Shown one piece after another: positions 58,651 through 64,000 of a stretch of 64,000 nt of DNA (the first letter of the stretch is position 1; each line of letters opens with the position of its first letter). The stretch is from an uncultured Spirochaetota bacterium (GTDB lineage Bacteria; Spirochaetota; Brevinematia; Brevinematales; JAOACQ01). The stretch covers positions 1,600,001 to 1,664,000 of the forward strand of contig CAWIGG010000002.1 in NCBI GenBank assembly GCA_963835575.1, read 5' to 3'. A model generated the notes under the pieces. That model was not told where the DNA came from. It ran no database searches and saw only the letters and a program-made list of their open reading frames with translations. Position numbers and translations under genes: made by a program.

Positions 58651-60046
58651 GAGTTATAATAGAAAGTTGTGTATAGGAATAAATATTATAAAAAAGATGG
58701 CGTACCCTCTATAATTTATTTACGACAATAAACAAAAGGAGGAATACGCCATATGCCGAAGCACAACGAAGATTTTAAGCTCTTACAGGCTTTTAATCAA
58801 GATGAAACAGTAGAATTTTTATGTCTTGAAGAATTGGCAAGGATCGGGGCCAGGGAAATAATCAAGAAGGCTCTGGAAGATGAAATTAATGGGTTTCTTC
58901 AGGAGAGAGAGCATTTAACTATCGAAGACGGGAGAAAGGCAATAGTAAGAAATGGGTATCATAAAGCCCGTCAGATTCTCATTGGTGGAGGGGCTATTGA
59001 TGTATGTATTCCGAGAACAAGGAACCGACTCGGAGGCGACAATTTTCAAAGCCTAATAGTACCGCCGTATATGAGAAAAAGCCTGAGAATTGAGGAAGCC
59101 ATTCCATTGTTGTATCTCTATGGAGTCTCAGAGATGGATATGGAGAATGCCTTGAGAGGATTGCTTGGTGAAGAAGCGAAAGGATTATCAGCCTCAAGTA
59201 TAAGCAGAATGAAACAAGGATGGGGTAAAGAATATGATGAGTGGCGGACATCCGATTTAAGCGATAAAAAGTATTGCTATATATGGGTTGACGGCATTTA
59301 CTTCAATGTACAGGGCAGCGAAGACCGTTTATGCACTCTTGTAATGATCGGAGCCAATGAGAATGGTGAAAAGGAGATTATTCTTGTTGAAGAAGGTTAC
59401 AGAGAGAATTCCGAGACTTGGTTAGGGATATTAAGAAACCTAAAAGAAAAAGGTTTGAAAGGTCCTATTCTTTTTATCGGAGACGGAAGCCTTGGATTCT
59501 GGAAAGCAGCCAAAGAAGTATATCCTGAATCCAGATGGCAGAGATGCTGGGTTCATAAGATAAAGAACATTCTAAACAAGCTGCCCAAAGTATTACAGTC
59601 AAAGGCAAAAGAGATGCTTCATGAGATATGCAATGCTCCTGATAAGGATAATGCTATCAAAGCTTTTGAATTATTCCAGGCGGTTTTTAATCCTAAATAT
59701 CCAGCAGCTGTCGAATGTTTAGAAAAGGATTGGGAGCTTATGATCGAATTTTATAACTGTCCGGCGGAACATTGGGTACATATCCGTACGACAAACGTAA
59801 TAGAATCTACCTTCTCTACAGTTCGATTAAGAACTAAAAAGATGAGAGGCTGCGGAACCAGGGAAACGATTCTAATAATGGTCTATAAATTACTGGATAA
59901 GGCATCCAGGCGATGGAGAAAATTAAGAGGTTATGAAAAGATTAGCCTTGTATTGGAAGGCGCTGTTTTTGAGAACGGAGAGCTTGTAAAAAAGGCAGCA
60001 TAAAAAAATGAGAGGGTATGTCATACACAACATTTGACAAAAACTC
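58651..60046 (+). mobile_element. IS256-family element, copy 1
   Basis: Imperfect IRs GAGTTATAATAGAAAGTTGTGTAT / ATACACAACATTTGACAAAAACTC and 9-bp duplication GTGAGGGAA. Confidence 0.93.
58753..60003 (+). CDS. IS256 transposase
   Basis: RNGY, WVDG, IGDG, QRCWVHK and RTTNVIES motifs. Confidence 0.95.
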   Translation: MPKHNEDFKLLQAFNQDETVEFLCLEELARIGAREIIKKALEDEINGFLQEREHLTIEDGRKAIVRNGYHKARQILIGGGAIDVCIPRTRNRLGGDNFQSLIVPPYMRKSLRIEEAIPLLYLYGVSEMDMENALRGLLGEEAKGLSASSISRMKQGWGKEYDEWRTSDLSDKKYCYIWVDGIYFNVQGSEDRLCTLVMIGANENGEKEIILVEEGYRENSETWLGILRNLKEKGLKGPILFIGDGSLGFWKAAKEVYPESRWQRCWVHKIKNILNKLPKVLQSKAKEMLHEICNAPDKDNAIKAFELFQAVFNPKYPAAVECLEKDWELMIEFYNCPAEHWVHIRTTNVIESTFSTVRLRTKKMRGCGTRETILIMVYKLLDKASRRWRKLRGYEKISLVLEGAVFENGELVKKAA

Positions 60047-60135
60047 GTGAGGGAATTATAATTATTGTAGTTCGCATATTATAAGTTGTACGCAATTTTG
60101 CTGGCAACTTATTTATTAGAAATTTGAGGTGCTAT

Positions 60136-61074
60136 TTGAGAAGTTTAATTTTAACTATATTTCTATTAATTAGTTTAATAAATTTAATATTTGCTTCAGA
60201 ATCAATTGAGTTAAAAACTGAAACTGGAATTATTTATGGAACATTAGAGTTGCCTTCAAATGAAGAAGTAAAACCATTGGCAATAATTGTTGCGGGTTCC
60301 GGACCAACAGATAGAAATGGAAATAATTCTTTGGGAATATCAGCTAATTCTTATAAGTTGTTAGCTGAAGAATTAAAAAAAAATAATGTAGCATCTTTAA
60401 GATATGATAAACGTGGTATAGCTGAAAGCCAAAAAGCTGGTTTAAATGAGAAAAAATTAAGTTTTAATGTTTATGTTAACGATTTAATTTTATGGATTAA
60501 AAAAATAAAAGAAGATAAACGGTTTAATAAGATTTATGTTATAGGCCATAGCGAAGGTTCATTAATTGGAATTATAGCTTTACAAAACGAATACTGTGAC
60601 GGTTTAGTATCAATATCAGGGGTTGGAAGAAAAGCTTCAGATATTTTAATTGAACAAATAATAAACAATAAAAATAATCCTAGAGAGATAATTGAAGAAT
60701 CAATGAAAATAATAAATGAATTGACAAATGGAATAACAGTCAATAATATTTCAAAAGATTTATTACCATTATTTAGACCAAGTGTTCAGCCATATTTGAT
60801 ATCTTGGTTTAAATATAATCCTTCAGAGGAAATAAAAAAATTAGATATTCCAATATTAATTCTTCAAGGCACTGAAGACATACAAGTTTCAGTCAAAGAA
60901 GCTGAAATCCTAACAAATTCAAATAAAAAAGCAGAATTAAAAATAATAAAAGGTATGACTCATACATTAAAAGATATTCGCGATCCATCAGAACAAATAA
61001 AGACTTATTATGATCCAAATATACCAATTTCATTAGAATTGGTAAAAAGCATATTGGATTTTATTAAAAGATAG
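60136..61074 (+). CDS. Secreted alpha/beta hydrolase (AT-rich, cassette-like)
   Basis: Signal peptide, GSGPTDRNGN, YDKRG, GHSEG and QG.EDIQV motifs. TTG start after GAGGTG. Confidence 0.88.
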   Translation: MRSLILTIFLLISLINLIFASESIELKTETGIIYGTLELPSNEEVKPLAIIVAGSGPTDRNGNNSLGISANSYKLLAEELKKNNVASLRYDKRGIAESQKAGLNEKKLSFNVYVNDLILWIKKIKEDKRFNKIYVIGHSEGSLIGIIALQNEYCDGLVSISGVGRKASDILIEQIINNKNNPREIIEESMKIINELTNGITVNNISKDLLPLFRPSVQPYLISWFKYNPSEEIKKLDIPILILQGTEDIQVSVKEAEILTNSNKKAELKIIKGMTHTLKDIRDPSEQIKTYYDPNIPISLELVKSILDFIKR

Positions 61075-61094
61075 CCAGCACAACTGTATACAAC

Positions 61095-61419
61095 GAGCCT
61101 GTCGAAAAACTCAAAACGACAAAAAGCGACGGTCTTTGTAACACCGGATAAAGACTTTTTCTGATTTTATACTGTCTTTAATCTTTGATATCAGACAAGC
61201 CGGACTTAAGCCATTTTTTCTCCCTTCATATTATCCCGAAAGCCTGAATTTTACTGATATTATATACGATACAGAATAACAGCCATTGAATATTAACCTT
61301 CTCTTTTCCCCTGAACGTGTGCTCGAACGTCCCTTCCATCAGCTGATCTGAAAAGCTGAGCGGTATCATTTCCATCTGTTCATAATTGACTGTCTTGTAT
61401 CTTGCCATTTCACAGTCTC
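61095..61419 (-). mobile_element. Internally deleted IS1182 derivative (MITE-like, 325 bp)
   Basis: Ends GAGACTGTGAAA / GTTTTTCGACAGGCTC with AAC duplicated (61092-61094, 61420-61422). The 60-aa ORF fuses the N- and C-termini of the 28914-type transposase. Confidence 0.88.
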
Positions 61420-61586
61420 AACACGGTGTGGGCGTTTCATCTCTTCCCCCCCACCCCGTGCAATGGCAAGTGTCGAGTATGAGAACAAGGCTGCGATAAG
61501 AAAAAATAAATCCTATAAATCCGTCCTAATCCGTCTGATCCGCGTGAAATTGGGTCTATTTACAATCCATAATAAAATAAGAAGAG

Positions 61587-62980
61587 GAGTTTTTGTCAAA
61601 TGTTGTGTATGACATACCCTCTCATTTTTTTATGCTGCCTTTTTTACAAGCTCTCCGTTCTCAAAAACAGCGCCTTCCAATACAAGGCAAATCTTTTCAT
61701 AACCTCTTAATTTTCTCCATCGCCTGGATGCCTTATCCAGTAATTTATAGACCATTATTAGAATCGTTTCCCTGGTTCCGCAGCCTCTCATCTTTTTAGT
61801 TCTTAATCGAACTGTAGAGAAGGTAGATTCTATTACGTTTGTCGTACGGATATGTACCCAATGTTCCGCCGGACAGTTATAAAATTCGATCATAAGCTCC
61901 CAATCTTTTTCTAAACATTCGACAGCTGCTGGATATTTAGGATTAAAAACCGCCTGGAATAATTCAAAAGCTTTGATAGCATTATCCTTATCAGGAGCAT
62001 TGCATATCTCATGAAGCATCTCTTTTGCCTTTGACTGTAATACTTTGGGCAGCTTGTTTAGAATGTTCTTTATCTTATGAACCCAGCATCTCTGCCATCT
62101 GGATTCAGGATATACTTCTTTGGCTGCTTTCCAGAATCCAAGGCTTCCGTCTCCGATAAAAAGAATAGGACCTTTCAAACCTTTTTCTTTTAGGTTTCTT
62201 AATATCCCTAACCAAGTCTCGGAATTCTCTCTGTAACCTTCTTCAACAAGAATAATCTCCTTTTCACCATTCTCATTGGCTCCGATCATTACAAGAGTGC
62301 ATAAACGGTCTTCGCTGCCCTGTACATTGAAGTAAATGCCGTCAACCCATATATAGCAATACTTTTTATCGCTTAAATCGGATGTCCGCCACTCATCATA
62401 TTCTTTACCCCATCCTTGTTTCATTCTGCTTATACTTGAGGCTGATAATCCTTTCGCTTCTTCACCAAGCAATCCTCTCAAGGCATTCTCCATATCCATC
62501 TCTGAGACTCCATAGAGATACAACAATGGAATGGCTTCCTCAATTCTCAGGCTTTTTCTCATATACGGCGGTACTATTAGGCTTTGAAAATTGTCGCCTC
62601 CGAGTCGGTTCCTTGTTCTCGGAATACATACATCAATAGCCCCTCCACCAATGAGAATCTGACGGGCTTTATGATACCCATTTCTTACTATTGCCTTTCT
62701 CCCGTCTTCGATAGTTAAATGCTCTCTCCTGAAGAAACCCATTAATTTCATCTTCCAGAGCCTTCTTGATTATTTCCCTGGCCCCGATCCTTGCCAATTC
62801 TTCAAGACATAAAAATTCTACTGTTTCATCTTGATTAAAAGCCTGTAAGAGCTTAAAATCTTCGTTGTGCTTCGGCATATGGCGTATTCCTCCTTTTGTT
62901 TATTGTCGTAAATAAATTATAGAGGGTACGCCATCTTTTTTATAATATTTATTCCTATACACAACTTTCTATTATAACTC
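61587..62980 (-). mobile_element. IS256-family element, copy 2
   Basis: Near-identical inverted copy of 58651-60046 with its own 9-bp duplication TAAGAAGAG. Confidence 0.93.
61630..62878 (-). pseudogene. IS256 transposase, frameshifted
   Basis: One GA unit missing from the GAGAGAGAG run (about 62722-62728) relative to copy 1. Confidence 0.88.
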
Positions 62981-63050
62981 TAAGAAGAGATCTCACTTAC
63001 GTTTCCTTGTATAACAGGGGAAGTCCTCCGTGATCTCGGCGTCTCTGTGG

Positions 63051-63929
63051 CTATCTTTTCGGAAATGGGAATTTTTCCAGCTCTTCCGCTATCTGGACGG
63101 CAATGCCCGGCTCGATAAAATTCATTGTCCCGACGGAAACAAATCCCGCCCCGGCCATCATAAATTCGGCCGCGTCGGCGGTACTGCAGATCCCTCCGCT
63201 CGCTATCACCGGGATTTTTACAGCCGAGGCCGCCCGGTAAACATTATAGAGCGCCATCGGTTTTACAGCAGGCCCTGATAAACCCGCCACAATATTCTTG
63301 AAAATAAACTTCCCTGTTTTCATATCAATTGCCGTTCCCAGGTAAGTATTGGAAACGGTAACGGCATGGCCGCCGTTATCCTCCGCGATTTTCGAGTTGG
63401 CCGGTATATTCTGCATCGGGCTGATTTTTACAGAGAACGGCTTATGACTATCCGCGAGAGATTTTGAAACGCCTTTTACAATCCGATCCACGGCTTTCGG
63501 ATTGGAATCAAAAGTCGCTCCGCCCTCCCTGACGTTCGGGCAGCTGAGGTTCAGCTCGAACATGGCGATCCCTTCTATCCGCGAAAAGGCCTCCGCCATG
63601 ACCGCGAAATCCGCTTCCTCTTCGCCGGCAATACTGAAAATGACATTTGTTTTAAATCCTTTCAGCGTATCTTCTTTTTTCAGATCGTTGAATACTTTCT
63701 CAAAGCCTTCGTTTTCAAGGCCGATGGAATTAAGAAGCCCGCCCGGGGTTTCATAAAGCCGCGGAGGCGGATTCCCCTTCCTGGGCTGCCGCGTGACAGT
63801 CTTGAGCGTAATACCGCCGAGCTTTGAACAGTCCAGAAAATCCGTAAACTCATCACCCATTCCGAATGTGCCGGAAGCGGTAAGAACAGGATTCCTGAAT
63901 GATAAATTTCCTATCATTAATTTATTCAT
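63051..63929 (-). CDS. pyrD: Dihydroorotate dehydrogenase, family 1 catalytic subunit
   Basis: NPVLTASGTFG, GNPPPR, LNLSCPN, GLSGPAVKP and ASGGI motifs. Confidence 0.93.
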   Translation of the reverse strand: MNKLMIGNLSFRNPVLTASGTFGMGDEFTDFLDCSKLGGITLKTVTRQPRKGNPPPRLYETPGGLLNSIGLENEGFEKVFNDLKKEDTLKGFKTNVIFSIAGEEEADFAVMAEAFSRIEGIAMFELNLSCPNVREGGATFDSNPKAVDRIVKGVSKSLADSHKPFSVKISPMQNIPANSKIAEDNGGHAVTVSNTYLGTAIDMKTGKFIFKNIVAGLSGPAVKPMALYNVYRAASAVKIPVIASGGICSTADAAEFMMAGAGFVSVGTMNFIEPGIAVQIAEELEKFPFPKR

Positions 63930-63932
63930 GGA

Positions 63933-64000
63933 TCAATCACACTCTCCTTCCAGAATACGGGCTATCTTCTCCCGTTTCTTTTTTTCCTCATCGGAAAAAG
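63933..64000 (-). CDS. 3' end of an unidentified gene cut by the window edge
   Basis: Reads ...FSDEEKKKREKIARILEGECD* immediately upstream of pyrD. Confidence 0.5.
   Translation of the reverse strand, partial: FSDEEKKKREKIARILEGECD

Noticed and set aside
58651..62980. Composite transposon that delivered the hydrolase
   Set aside because: Each IS256 has its own duplication and the outer flanks do not match each other.

Overview
Bacterial chromosome window from a diderm, probably anaerobic organism (spirochete-like gene content; the taxonomy is inference only). Housekeeping genes (pyrE, ugd, metK, glmM, trxA, glyQS, alr, fba, pyrD), a Mrp/DUF134/NifX/CGGC/CDF metal-cofactor operon and a MoxR-DUF58-SpoIIM-RDD cluster are interleaved with about ten IS elements or derivatives, roughly a quarter of the window. 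All sit outside host coding regions, and most have readable ends and target duplications. Highlights: (1) an IS110 element (42913-46240) whose bridge RNA can be decoded by eye. Its four guides match the flanking target and the circle junction, the junction forms a promoter, and the target is a dispersed intergenic repeat. The recombinase has non-canonical catalytic residues, an IS1182 is nested inside it, and its right end may encode a second, antisense RNA of the same motif family. (2) A spermidine synthase fused to two tandem SpeD-like domains whose catalytic residues are complementary. (3) One IS1182 lineage inserted repeatedly at the terminal AAC/GTT of AT-rich, integron-cassette-like single-gene units. 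No rRNA, tRNA, CRISPR array or integron integrase was seen.
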